A stretch of DNA of 64,000 bases from Candidatus Bathyarchaeota archaeon (lineage in GTDB: Archaea > Thermoproteota > Bathyarchaeia > Bathyarchaeales > Bathycorpusculaceae): contig CAWGZR010000006.1 in NCBI GenBank assembly GCA_963827165.1, positions 32,001 through 96,000 on the forward strand. Direction: 5' to 3'. The notes below the pieces were generated by a model. The model worked only from the letters and a program-made list of their open reading frames with translations, was not told the origin of the DNA and searched no databases. This document shows, piece by piece, positions 1 to 9,211 of this stretch. Numbering within the stretch: the first letter of the stretch is position 1; each line of letters starts with the position of its first letter. Made by a program: the position numbers and the translations under genes.

Positions 1-704
1 GGGGATTCGACGTAAACTACTTTGTCGGTGTCGCCGGATGCGCCGTTTGATCCGTTCGTTCCATTCGTTCCGTTGGTTCCGTTTGCTCCGTTTGTGCCGT
101 CTTTGCCGTTTAAGCCGTTTTGCCCGTTTAACCCATTTGTGCCATTGGAAACAAACATGTTGCCTGTGGCGTTGAAGTCGACTCCGTTGAGTCCGTTTGT
201 TCCGTCAGTGCCGTTGAACATGAAAACGTTGCCAGTTTCATTGAAATTCAAACCATTCTGGCCTGCAATCCCTTGAAGACCCGCGATTCCCTGTGGTCCC
301 TGTATCCCTTGGGCACCAGTTGCTCCTTTTGGACCCTGGACGCCTTGAGCGCCTATCATATCAACAACAGTATATGTTGCTGATGCCGAGTCACCATTGA
401 TCTCCGTCACAGTGATTGTATGAGGGCCAACTGCCAATTCGTTAGGAATGGAAATTATTGTTGAGAAAGAGCCGCTGCAATCCGTCTCAACAGTTAATGG
501 CACTGTCGGTTGAACAGCGCCGTCGTATGTGATTGTGATGGTTTTGTCTGCGGCGAATCCTGTGCCTGTTATCGTAGTTGTTGCAAATCCTTGCGTTGGT
601 GACAAAGTTATGGAAGGTGCAAGCGGTGCAGTGCATGCTGAAACCACAGAAACTATCATTAGGGCAAGTACTAGAGCCACAATTAATGCAATTACTTTTT
701 TCAT
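1..704 (-). CDS. Secreted collagen-like (Gly-X-Y repeat) surface protein, partial (runs off window start)
   Basis: Absent from the ORF track; translated by hand from ATG at 704 with upstream AAAGGAG. Reads MKKVIALIVALVLALMIVSVVSA (signal peptide), an Ig-like Thr-rich domain, then GAQGVQGPKGATGAQGIQGPQGIAGLQGIAGQNG...NGTNGLNGQNGLNGKDGTNGANGTNGTNGTNGSNGASG. No stop before position 1. Confidence 0.85.
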   Translation of the reverse strand, partial: MKKVIALIVALVLALMIVSVVSACTAPLAPSITLSPTQGFATTTITGTGFAADKTITITYDGAVQPTVPLTVETDCSGSFSTIISIPNELAVGPHTITVTEINGDSASATYTVVDMIGAQGVQGPKGATGAQGIQGPQGIAGLQGIAGQNGLNFNETGNVFMFNGTDGTNGLNGVDFNATGNMFVSNGTNGLNGQNGLNGKDGTNGANGTNGTNGTNGSNGASGDTDKVVYVES

Positions 705-1051
705 TTCTTAATTCTCCTTTCTTCTTATATGCTTCAGACAAGTTACAAAAGTTATATAGTCATTGTTTCCGAAACCCCAAGACTCTTAAATTTGATATAT
801 TCCCCGATTCTAGGTTGGCCTCGAATCGTTTTCTTATCCTTTACAACCTGAAGCCGAAGAGTAATAATAGCCGATTGAATGTAGCAACACCCACCAAAAA
901 AAAGAGCTCGAAAAGAATGACATCTGAACTGGGCAAAAAGATCTTTAGGCGTACACAAGCTCCTTGGCTTAATGCAAATGTAATTTCCAACATTGTGACA
1001 AGGTAACAGCAACATAACCTTTATTTCACCAAGTGTAAACCTAGTTATTGA

Positions 1052-2056
1052 ATGCTTATGGCAGACATAATTACTGTGAAAAACCTAGTCGAGGTTTATT
1101 CTGACGGCACAAAAGCCGTAGATGACATTTCATTTAATGTTGCCGAAGGAGAATTTTTTGGTTTTCTGGGGCCAAACGGGGCAGGAAAAAGCACAACTAT
1201 CAAAATTCTAACGACTCTCCTGAGAAAAACGTCAGGTACCGTCACTATTGGAGGATACGACGTTGATAAGCAAGCCGCTGAAATCCGCAAAATAATTGGA
1301 GTTCAAAGCCAAGAAACAACTGTAGACGGCGACCTTACGGGCAGAGAAAATATAACGCTTCAAGGCCATTTCCACCAGATGGATTCGGATGAAATCAAAA
1401 AAAGAGTAGACGAACTTATTACGTTGGTGGGTCTAGAGAAAGCAGCTGACAGGCGGGCAAGAAACTATTCCGGCGGAATGAAAAAACGTCTCGACCTCGC
1501 GACTGCGCTAGTCCATAAACCCAAAATGTTGTTTCTTGACGAGCCTACAACCGGTTTGGATCCTCAGTCTCGATCATCAATTTGGAGTTACCTGGAAAAA
1601 CTGAACAAGGAAGAAGATATAACCATATTCTTAACAACACAGTATCTGGAAGAAGCCGACAAGTTATGCAAAAGGCTTGCTATAATTGATGTTGGAAAAA
1701 TAATTACAAGTGGCTCACCTATCGAGCTAAAACGTGAAATTGGCGCTGACTCTATCCGAATTGCGTTGGAAAGTTGCAAGAAAGACAATGCTAAGGCAAA
1801 AGAACTTATCAAAACCATGACAGACGTTAACCAAATAATAGATTCCGAAGAATGTCTGACGGTTTACGCCAAAAACGCCGGGCTGCTAATAGCTGACATC
1901 GTGCGGGCTTTGGACAGCAGCGACATTAGAATCGCATCAGTGACGTTTTCTTCGCCCTCTTTAGACGACGTTTTCATGAAGCACACAGGCAAAAGAATCC
2001 GCACCGAAGAATTGGTTAAGGCACCAAGCGCCATGTGGGGCGGCGCACGGAGATGA
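1052..2056 (+). CDS. ABC-2 type exporter ATP-binding protein (DrrA/NodI-like)
   Basis: Walker A GPNGAGKST, signature YSGGMKKR, Walker B LFLDEPTTGLDP, C-terminal PSLDDVF motif. Confidence 0.95.
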   Translation: MLMADIITVKNLVEVYSDGTKAVDDISFNVAEGEFFGFLGPNGAGKSTTIKILTTLLRKTSGTVTIGGYDVDKQAAEIRKIIGVQSQETTVDGDLTGRENITLQGHFHQMDSDEIKKRVDELITLVGLEKAADRRARNYSGGMKKRLDLATALVHKPKMLFLDEPTTGLDPQSRSSIWSYLEKLNKEEDITIFLTTQYLEEADKLCKRLAIIDVGKIITSGSPIELKREIGADSIRIALESCKKDNAKAKELIKTMTDVNQIIDSEECLTVYAKNAGLLIADIVRALDSSDIRIASVTFSSPSLDDVFMKHTGKRIRTEELVKAPSAMWGGARR

Positions 2057-2060
2057 GAAA

Positions 2061-2864
2061 ATGACTTTGCTTTCTGATACCCGATTCATATTCATAAGGT
2101 ACATGACAAAACTTGTACGAACACCTATCCTGCTATTTTTCTCTCTCTTCCAACCAATCCTGTTCCTCGTATTGTTCACGCAGTTGCTGACAAACCTCGC
2201 CAAAGTCCCAGGAATATTGCCCACGGTAAATGGAGTCACAATCGCATACCTAGAGTTTGCTGCCGCGGGAATTGTAATGCAAAATGCTTTTGGAAGCGCG
2301 TTGCAGTCAGGAAACTCAATCGTAGCTGACATTGACTCAGGGTATCTGCAGAAAATGCTTGTGACACCCGTGAGCCGTCCCGCGATTCTTCTAGGTAGAT
2401 TAGCCAGCGACGCTTTCAGGGTAGTTGTTCAAACCGCTATCATTCTTGGGTTAGGATACGCTTTAGGTGTTGCAGAAAACAAGCCTTTTTACGTCACCAC
2501 GGGCGTTGTCGGAATCTTGCTCATCTTTTTCACACTCGCCTTCTTTGGGCTTGCATGGTCAGGAATCTCTTTAGCGTTAGGCATGAAGACAAGAAGTTCT
2601 GAAACCGTTTTCGCAATTGGAGGAGTAATCACTTTCCCGCTACTGTTCCTAAGTCCAGCGCTGTTTCCCTTAAGTTTCCTACCTCAATGGGTGCAAACTG
2701 TTTCAATGTTTAACCCTGTAAGCTACTGCGTAACCGCCACCCGAGCACTCATGATCAACGGCTACCAATGGGGTACGATACTTCCAGCCTGGGGCGTAAT
2801 AGGATTAGTCGCAGTCATAACTATGAGCGCAACACTCTACCAGTTCAGAAAAGTCGTGAGCTAA
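2061..2864 (+). CDS. ABC-2 type exporter permease (DrrB-like)
   Basis: About 6 hydrophobic segments, LVTPVSR and NPVSY motifs, 4 bp after the ATPase gene. Confidence 0.92.
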   Translation: MTLLSDTRFIFIRYMTKLVRTPILLFFSLFQPILFLVLFTQLLTNLAKVPGILPTVNGVTIAYLEFAAAGIVMQNAFGSALQSGNSIVADIDSGYLQKMLVTPVSRPAILLGRLASDAFRVVVQTAIILGLGYALGVAENKPFYVTTGVVGILLIFFTLAFFGLAWSGISLALGMKTRSSETVFAIGGVITFPLLFLSPALFPLSFLPQWVQTVSMFNPVSYCVTATRALMINGYQWGTILPAWGVIGLVAVITMSATLYQFRKVVS

Positions 2865-2893
2865 ACCCTTTACGGGTAACACGCACGTCAACG

Positions 2894-3051
2894 TCAGCGG
2901 AAATAGCTGACTTTTTTTACTTCAATCAATTCGGGAACTTCATCCAGCCCTTTCAGCGTCTTGGAGAAACCAGCCATAATATTCCGATCGTTTCCTGCAC
3001 AAAATTATTCAATTACAATTTTTGGCCATCAACAAACATTTCCGTCTCAAA
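2894..3051 (-). pseudogene. Disrupted small protein gene resembling the short 'VDG..I.LN.FVQ..I...I.G....LKG' family (MobB C-terminal-like)
   Basis: Reads FETEMFVDGQKL*LNNFVQETIG, then after a 1-nt shift NIMAGFSKTLKGLDEVPELIEVK. Internal TAA at 3013-3015. Family recognised from memory only. Confidence 0.5.
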
Positions 3052-3172
3052 ACTTCTCTTACTTATTCTATGTTTTCTGCTCCAAAAAACTCACCTCATA
3101 ATCTTCTTATGGCTGGACTTGATAAAACCCTACCCAAAATTTAACGCAAAGAGCGTTTCTTTGAAAATTAAA

Positions 3173-3326
3173 TGGTCGGGAGAGCAGGATTTGAACCTGC
3201 GACGGCTCGGTATCTGTGGCCTAGACAGGCTTGAATGAAGCCCACCATGGGTAGACCTCTACAGCGTCTCCACCAGCTAAGCATGCTAGCTGATTCGAGA
3301 GCTCTGCCAGGCTGAGCTACCTCCCG
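3173..3326 (-). tRNA. tRNA-Tyr(GUA) with two introns (30/31 and 37/38), CCA encoded
   Basis: Acceptor CGGGAGG/TCTCCCG with C1:G72 and A73; D arm GCTC/GAGC; T arm GCAGG-TTCAAAT-CCTGC. Removing 3266-3295 (30 nt) and 3212-3258 (47 nt) gives anticodon arm CTCGG-CT-GTA-GA-CCGAG and a 77-nt tRNA. Both introns form BHB motifs. Confidence 0.95.
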
Positions 3327-3476
3327 ACTAAGACCATAAGGATAATGCCTAGGCAATTTATGTTTTTTGGAGTCCACGCCTCAATATTTGCGATACTAAA
3401 CGTTTTAATTCTGAACCATGAAATGTTTAGGTGGTTCGCATTGGGAAATTTGATGCTTTAAGGAGATTTAAGGGCT

Positions 3477-4442
3477 GTGACTAAAACCATTGGCATTGTT
3501 ACTTCAGGGGGCGACGCTCCAGGAATGAATGCGGCTATCAGAGCCGTAACAAGGATTGCTCATGCAAAGGGTTTTCAAGTTATAGGTTTCGAACGCGGAT
3601 GGGATGGTCTATTAACGAACTGCTGCAGAAAACTTACTCCCCGAAGCGTTGGCGGCATAATCCAACTGGGAGGAACCATACTCCACACTTTGCGTTGCGG
3701 AGCCTTCGAGGAAGAAGGCGGTGCAGAAAAAGGCGCGGAAACGCTTTCAATTAACAATGTCGATGGATTGGTGGTTATCGGTGGCGACGGCTCATTCAGA
3801 GGTGCGTTGGATTTGAGCAGGAAGACTGATGCTTTGATGGTGGGGATACCCGCCACTATTGATAATGACGTTTACGGAACAGATGAAACCATAGGCTTTG
3901 ACACAGCTGTCAACACGGCAGTGGTTACCATCGACAAAATCAGGGACACTGCAATCAGTCATGAGAGAGTATTCATCGTTGAAGTTATGGGACGAAAAAG
4001 AGGCTTCCTAGCTTTAGAAGTAGGTATATGCGTTGGTGCAGAAGTCATTTTGATTCCCGAGCGGCCCCTAAGCCTTGCCGAAATAGTTAAGATAATGGAG
4101 AACAACGAGAAAAAAGGAAAACGCGCAGGAATCATAGTTGCTGCAGAAGGTTGCGGTAACTCAAGCAAGTTAGCCGTGGAAATGCAGCAGCAGACAGAAG
4201 CTGAAGTGCGCCTATCAATTCTAGGATACGCACAGCGCGGGGGAAGCCCAACTCCGCGGAGCAGACTGCTGGCCAGTTTGTTTGCGGAGAAAGCAGTTGA
4301 CTTGATCTGTCAGGGAAAAGGGAACATGGCGGTAGGCTTACAAAAAGGCGAGATTGTGGGTTTTGAGTTGGAGAAAGCGGCCAAAGAGCGGAAACGGATA
4401 GATTTAAGGCTGCTTGAAGTCGCAGATATGCTTGCAACTTAA
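3477..4442 (+). CDS. pfkA: ATP-dependent 6-phosphofructokinase (bacterial PfkA type)
   Basis: TSGGDAPGMNAAIRAV, GGTIL, IGGDGS, PATIDND, EVMGR and LGYAQRGG motifs. Confidence 0.95.
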   Translation: MTKTIGIVTSGGDAPGMNAAIRAVTRIAHAKGFQVIGFERGWDGLLTNCCRKLTPRSVGGIIQLGGTILHTLRCGAFEEEGGAEKGAETLSINNVDGLVVIGGDGSFRGALDLSRKTDALMVGIPATIDNDVYGTDETIGFDTAVNTAVVTIDKIRDTAISHERVFIVEVMGRKRGFLALEVGICVGAEVILIPERPLSLAEIVKIMENNEKKGKRAGIIVAAEGCGNSSKLAVEMQQQTEAEVRLSILGYAQRGGSPTPRSRLLASLFAEKAVDLICQGKGNMAVGLQKGEIVGFELEKAAKERKRIDLRLLEVADMLAT

Positions 4443-4723
4443 CCAATTCTTTTTCACGATTTTTCTCCAACATCATTGTAGGTATTGGTAGATTTTGCTA
4501 GTTTCTTCAGCTACTCTCACGTTACCCCTCGCAGTATTTCTCTTGCTTTTAGGCCTTATTGTTGGGTATGAAAACTGAAACGTCATGTCCAATGTCAATA
4601 TACTCGCGACAGATAGTTATAAACAAAGGAAGCTATCCGCAAAGGTGTCACTTAAAGCGTAAATAGCTTAATTGAAAACGATATTTATGCTTTAAACAGA
4701 CCACCGATAAATCTAAAACCTAC

Positions 4724-5296
4724 ATGCCATTCAGTACATGCAAGAGAAGCGTGCCAAGTTTGAAGTCAGCTTTGATAATTTATTGGTCAAGCACAGGAAA
4801 CACCCAGAAAGTCGCCTACGCAATCCAAGTTGGCTTGGAAGCGGCTGGTTTTAAGGTGCAGTTAAAGAAACCCCAAGAAGCGGCCGAACTGGACTTTTAT
4901 GCGTACGATTTAGTCTGCGTCGGTTCCCCCTCTATCGAGTGGCAACCCGCAAAGCCAGTGACTGATCTTTTAAAGGTCAAGCTGAATCTTTACCGCAGCC
5001 AAGGAAAAATTAAGCCTTGCGCCCCAAAAGTTCCCGGAAAGAACGCGTTGGTTTTCTGCACTTATTCTGGACCGCACACTGGAATTGACGAAGCGACCCC
5101 TGCTGGAAAGACAATACGCCAGTATTTTGAGCATTTCGGCTTCTCCGTGGTCGGCGAATGGTATATTATCGGAGAGTTTCACGGAAGAGAAGACAACAAC
5201 ACATTAGGCAAGCTAGGCGACATCCGCGGCAAACCATCGGCGGAAGACTTGGCGAAAGTTAAAAGGGATGCGGAGCAAATAGCAAAAAGTTTGTAG
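4724..5296 (+). CDS. Flavodoxin-domain protein
   Basis: IIYWSSTGNT phosphate-binding loop, YDLVCVGSP. True start may be a few codons downstream. Confidence 0.85.
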   Translation: MPFSTCKRSVPSLKSALIIYWSSTGNTQKVAYAIQVGLEAAGFKVQLKKPQEAAELDFYAYDLVCVGSPSIEWQPAKPVTDLLKVKLNLYRSQGKIKPCAPKVPGKNALVFCTYSGPHTGIDEATPAGKTIRQYFEHFGFSVVGEWYIIGEFHGREDNNTLGKLGDIRGKPSAEDLAKVKRDAEQIAKSL

Positions 5297-5305
5297 GTAA
5301 GAAAT

Positions 5306-5608
5306 ATGAAAACGCTTAATTTACCTGATAAGATCGAAGACGATTTAGCAAAAACAGCCGAGGAATTAAGTTTAATGGCGAAGAAGCCGATTTCCAAGTC
5401 AATGGCGATTAACCTCCTTATCGAAGTTTACCACGCGCATCTCAACAACCGCTGCGCCCTAGATTCTTTCAGCCAACAACTGCAAAACTTAAACATTATG
5501 TTGCCTGAAGAATTTGACAAATATTGGGATGAACCAACCAGACCCGAACAAGAAGAAGCTAAAGCTCGCCCTAAAAGCAGCAAAGCGCATGGCATAAAAC
5601 CAAAATAA
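5306..5608 (+). CDS. Hypothetical protein, possible ribbon-helix-helix-like N-terminus
   Basis: Operonic 100-aa ORF. MKTLNLPDKI...ISKSMAINLLI resembles an RHH pattern. Confidence 0.6.
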   Translation: MKTLNLPDKIEDDLAKTAEELSLMAKKPISKSMAINLLIEVYHAHLNNRCALDSFSQQLQNLNIMLPEEFDKYWDEPTRPEQEEAKARPKSSKAHGIKPK

Positions 5609-5638
5609 GAAATCGCTATTTTATAGTCAGGGTATCTT

Positions 5639-6001
5639 ATGAAAATTGATTCTTTGGAGTCGGAGTTTGGGTGGATAAGGGTCAACGGGGAAAAGTACGA
5701 AAAAGACATTGTAATTCACTCTGACGGGTCAATAACGAAAAGGGAAAAAAAGAAATCCAAAGACCTGAAACCCGATTACGGGCATACACCTCTATCTGAA
5801 CGAGAGCTGCAGTTTCTGCCTAGGGAAAAATTCGAGGCATTGTACATTGGGACTGGTCATGAAGCCGCCTTGCCAATAACGCCCAGAGCTCTCGAGATAT
5901 TGAAAGGATATGGTGCCATGATTTTGCCTACGCCTCAAATTATCGGCGAAATTGAGAAAGAACGAAGGAAATTTGTAGCGTTGATTCATATAACTTGCTG
6001 A
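5639..6001 (+). CDS. Mth938-like (DUF498) domain protein
   Basis: FGWIRVNG.KY..DIVI, LYIGTG, LPTP and terminal HITC, typical of the family. Confidence 0.85.
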   Translation: MKIDSLESEFGWIRVNGEKYEKDIVIHSDGSITKREKKKSKDLKPDYGHTPLSERELQFLPREKFEALYIGTGHEAALPITPRALEILKGYGAMILPTPQIIGEIEKERRKFVALIHITC

Positions 6002-6025
6002 CAAATTAGAAGCCAAGAAAAAGTG

Positions 6026-6565
6026 CTAAATCTCTGAGATTTTCTCTATCAGCACCCCAGGCAAGTTATCCCTGTTTAACAATGTTACCGTAAAAACCGC
6101 TGTGTCTTCCCTTTCCTTTATTTGACTTATCAACTCATCCCTGGCTTTAGCGTGAACTACCGCCAGCACCAACTTTTTACTCGTCACTACTTGTTTAACT
6201 GCTTGCTTGAACCGTTGCGAGAAAAGCTCCATGGGACCGACCTCATCAATCGCCACGACATTGCATTTTTCAGCGGCATCCACTATCGCTTTTACTCCTA
6301 TTTCTTCGAGATCACCTATGTTTACACGGTACTTGCCGACTTGCGGGCCATCTTTCTGATTAATATGCGCTAGCCAGCCCTGTTTACCATTCGCCAAGTC
6401 TAAGATTTCGAAACCTACGCGTATCTTGCCTTCCCTTGCTTCACTGCTAATCATGCCGCCCACGCTTTCTCCTTGCGCTCTAAGAGCGTCCACCGTTCTG
6501 ACGAGCACTGTTGTTTTCCCCACGCCTGGAGCGCCAGTCAAAATCAAAACGCGCTTCTTCAACAC
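6026..6565 (-). CDS. Nucleoside-triphosphatase THEP1/NTPase_1
   Basis: LTGAPGVGKTT, VGKYRV, IDEVGPMEL motifs. Confidence 0.92.
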   Translation of the reverse strand: MLKKRVLILTGAPGVGKTTVLVRTVDALRAQGESVGGMISSEAREGKIRVGFEILDLANGKQGWLAHINQKDGPQVGKYRVNIGDLEEIGVKAIVDAAEKCNVVAIDEVGPMELFSQRFKQAVKQVVTSKKLVLAVVHAKARDELISQIKEREDTAVFTVTLLNRDNLPGVLIEKISEI

Positions 6566-6643
6566 TTCCAGCCACCCTAACCAGAAGTCTAATATGGCGA
6601 TAAAATTCTTTTGATAAGCAAATCCAACCAGGAACTAAAAAAC

Positions 6644-7855
6644 ATGGCAGAAAGCGTTTACAAACCGGATTTTCCAAGTGAAATAATCAGAGAAGGCAAA
6701 GTGCAAGTTTTAGTGCCCAAACTGGAAGCCTACAGCGTTAACCCGTCGGACTACGCGCCCTCTAAAGCACCAGTTTTCTACAACCCGATAATGGAGTTCA
6801 ACCGAGACCTCTCGGTTCTGGCATTCCAAGCGTACCAACGCATGGTTGACAGGGAAATCAGCATCTGTGAACCTTTAACCAGTCAAGGAATCCGAGGAGT
6901 CCGTTTCGCCAAGGAAATTGAAGGCATAAAGCGAGTTCTAATCGGGGACATAAACGAAAGGGCATTCAAAGTTGCAAAACATAACGTTCAACTCAATGGT
7001 TTAGAAAAAATCGTATCCGTGAAGCATAAAGACGCAAACTGCACTTTAAGCTGCAACGCGTCGCCTAAAAAACGCTTCGACATCGTCGATGTTGACCCTT
7101 TCGGCACGCCTGCCCCATTCATAGGTTCAGCCATACGTGCTCTTCGCAACCACGGTTTGCTGGCTTTAACCGCCACCGACTTGGCGCCGCTCTGCGGGGT
7201 GCACTCGAAAGCGTGCATACGAAAATACGGCGGAAAACCGCTCCGGACAGAGTACTGTCATGAACTTGCTATTCGGCTTGTTGCAGGCTGCACCGCCACC
7301 TTAGCTGCAAAACACGACGTTGGAATTCACGTGGTTTTTAGCCACAGTAGCGAACACTACATCAGGCTGTACTGTCAAATTGCTTATGGCGCAGAGAAGG
7401 GTGATGAAAGTATCAAAACGCTCGGGTACATTCTGCATTGCTTCAATTGTCTGCACCGGGAAACTATCCGTCAACCATTCGGAAATCTGACCTGCCCCGA
7501 ATGTGGCTCAAAAATGGATTTCGCTGGCCCTCTTTGGCTGGGAAACATCTTCGACCCAGAGTTTATTGAATCAATGATCAAAGAAAACCAGACTGTTGCT
7601 TTCAGGAATAACGCAAGAATATCTAAACTTCTTCTGTTGACAAAACAAGAGGCTACTGCTCCAATAACATATTTTTTGCTTGATAAACTCAGCGGGAAAC
7701 TGGGTTTGCCATCTCCATCCGTTCAAGCATTTTCAAATGCACTTCGAGGCAGAAACTACGAAGCGGTGCAGACCCATTTTAACAGTCGAGGCATTAGGAC
7801 GAACGCTCCTGCTATGACACTGCACAATCTGCTAAAGGAAGCAATTAGTCAATAA
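6644..7855 (+). CDS. trm1: tRNA (guanine26-N2)-dimethyltransferase
   Basis: VFYNP.MEFNRDLS, GIRGVR, DVDPFGTP, LTATD, C-x2-C zinc finger, GPLWLG, THF. Confidence 0.95.
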   Translation: MAESVYKPDFPSEIIREGKVQVLVPKLEAYSVNPSDYAPSKAPVFYNPIMEFNRDLSVLAFQAYQRMVDREISICEPLTSQGIRGVRFAKEIEGIKRVLIGDINERAFKVAKHNVQLNGLEKIVSVKHKDANCTLSCNASPKKRFDIVDVDPFGTPAPFIGSAIRALRNHGLLALTATDLAPLCGVHSKACIRKYGGKPLRTEYCHELAIRLVAGCTATLAAKHDVGIHVVFSHSSEHYIRLYCQIAYGAEKGDESIKTLGYILHCFNCLHRETIRQPFGNLTCPECGSKMDFAGPLWLGNIFDPEFIESMIKENQTVAFRNNARISKLLLLTKQEATAPITYFLLDKLSGKLGLPSPSVQAFSNALRGRNYEAVQTHFNSRGIRTNAPAMTLHNLLKEAISQ

Positions 7856-7876
7856 CCATAAAATTGTTTAATATCC

Positions 7877-8015
7877 GCAAATTTTTTTCTTTGTATTTTG
7901 GGCTGGTTTTTTGGTTTGGGGCTTGGATTGGTCGCAACTGGTCTCTAAAAACATCTATAAACATCTAAAAAGATCTAAAAACATCCATAAACGTCTAGAA
8001 ACATCTAAGAACATC
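7877..8015. repeat. Leader + decamer array element, copy A (69-bp leader, 7 x ~TAAAAACATC)
   Basis: Leader 7877-7945. Units taaaaacatc, tataaacatc, taaaaagatc, taaaaacatc, cataaacgtc, tagaaacatc, taagaacatc (7946-8015). Confidence 0.9.
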
Positions 8016-8051
8016 GCATTGGGAGAATTTTAGTTACATGCTTTCGATAAG

Positions 8052-8151
8052 GAAAATTTTTTTGTCTGCATTTTTGGTTGCTTTTTTGGTTTGGAAGCTT
8101 GAATCATCTGCAGGACGAGACTTTATTTGGCATAATTTGACATTATTTGAT
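8052..8151. repeat. Leader + decamer array element, copy B (70-bp leader, 3 x ~WTWATTTGAC)
   Basis: Leader 8052-8121 aligns with copies A and C with one indel. Units tttatttggc, ataatttgac, attatttgat. Confidence 0.8.
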
Positions 8152-8389
8152 AACATGAAGGGAGATATCAATAGATATTTGAGGCGGAGGCATCATTCAG
8201 AAGAATAGCTCCACCACGGAGAAAATTGCATACTTCATTTAAATTTGTAGTGCAAGTCAATAGACACCAATACAAAAACTTTTTCGCCACTGAAGATGCC
8301 AGCAAAATATCCGAGTTAAAATCACACTTTTTAGGTAACAAAAGTTTAAAGGGTAAAGCTACTGTCCTTAAAACAGCAAGGTAATTGTA

Positions 8390-9196
8390 ATGAATGATAA
8401 AATCGCGGTAATTGGCTCCGGAATGATGGGCGGCGCCATAATCAAAAGCTTAGCTAAAGGAGGCTACGAAGGCAAGTTGACAGCCGTCGATATCGCATTG
8501 GACAGGCTGAAAGAGTTCGAAACCCTCGGCGTTAAAACTTCCACCGACAACAAAAAATCCGCAGGCGACGCCGACATAGTTTTCATAATCGTCAAGCCAG
8601 GCGACGTAGCGAAGGTTCTCAAAGACATAAGTGGAGAAATCAAAGATAAACTGTTAATTTCGGTTGCAGCAACGGTTCCGCTGAAGTTTCTACGGAAGAA
8701 CGCGCCTGAAGCCCGAATCGTACGGATAATGCCCAACCTCGGCGCCTTAGTTCAAGCCGCTTACACGGCATACTGCTGCGAATCCGACGTTACCTCCCAA
8801 GACAAAGAGAAAGTTAAGACTTTACTCAGCATGTTTGGCATATGCGAAGAACTCGACGAAAAATACCTTGATGCTATAACCGCCCTCAGCGGGAGCGGCC
8901 CAGGCTACATGTCCATAATCATCGAGGCATTAACTTATGCAGGCTTAAAGGTAGGGTTACCACGCAACATCGCCCTAACCTGCGCAGCCCAAACGGTAAT
9001 GGCAACAGGCAAACTCGTCTTAGACCTCCATGAGGAACCATCAAAAATCAAGGATATGACCACCACACCCGGCGGAACAACAATAGAAGCTATCTACCAA
9101 ATCGAGCAAAGCCAAATCCGCCCTGCATTGATGCGCGCGATTGAAGAAGCTACGAAGAAAAGCCAGGAAATCCGAGAAAAACTCAACCTCAACTAA
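8390..9196 (+). CDS. proC: Pyrroline-5-carboxylate reductase
   Basis: IGSGMMGGA, IVKP, RIMPN, TALSGSGPGY, TTPGGTT motifs. Confidence 0.96.
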   Translation: MNDKIAVIGSGMMGGAIIKSLAKGGYEGKLTAVDIALDRLKEFETLGVKTSTDNKKSAGDADIVFIIVKPGDVAKVLKDISGEIKDKLLISVAATVPLKFLRKNAPEARIVRIMPNLGALVQAAYTAYCCESDVTSQDKEKVKTLLSMFGICEELDEKYLDAITALSGSGPGYMSIIIEALTYAGLKVGLPRNIALTCAAQTVMATGKLVLDLHEEPSKIKDMTTTPGGTTIEAIYQIEQSQIRPALMRAIEEATKKSQEIREKLNLN

Positions 9197-9211
9197 CCGC
9201 CCTGAGTCGCC

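Noticed and set aside
22-276. Plus-strand ORF with PF.PF.P repeats
   Set aside because: Antisense shadow of the collagen-like Gly-X-Asn repeats on the minus strand.
2865-3175. Integrated element at the tRNA-Tyr 3' end
   Set aside because: I saw no duplicated tRNA 3' segment (att site) and no integrase in the window.
2768-3377. ORFs 2768-3238 and 3168-3377
   Set aside because: They overlap the tRNA-Tyr gene and the pseudogene; no protein motifs.
7946-8015. Tandem repeats as a CRISPR array
   Set aside because: 10-bp units with no spacers, and no cas genes in the window.
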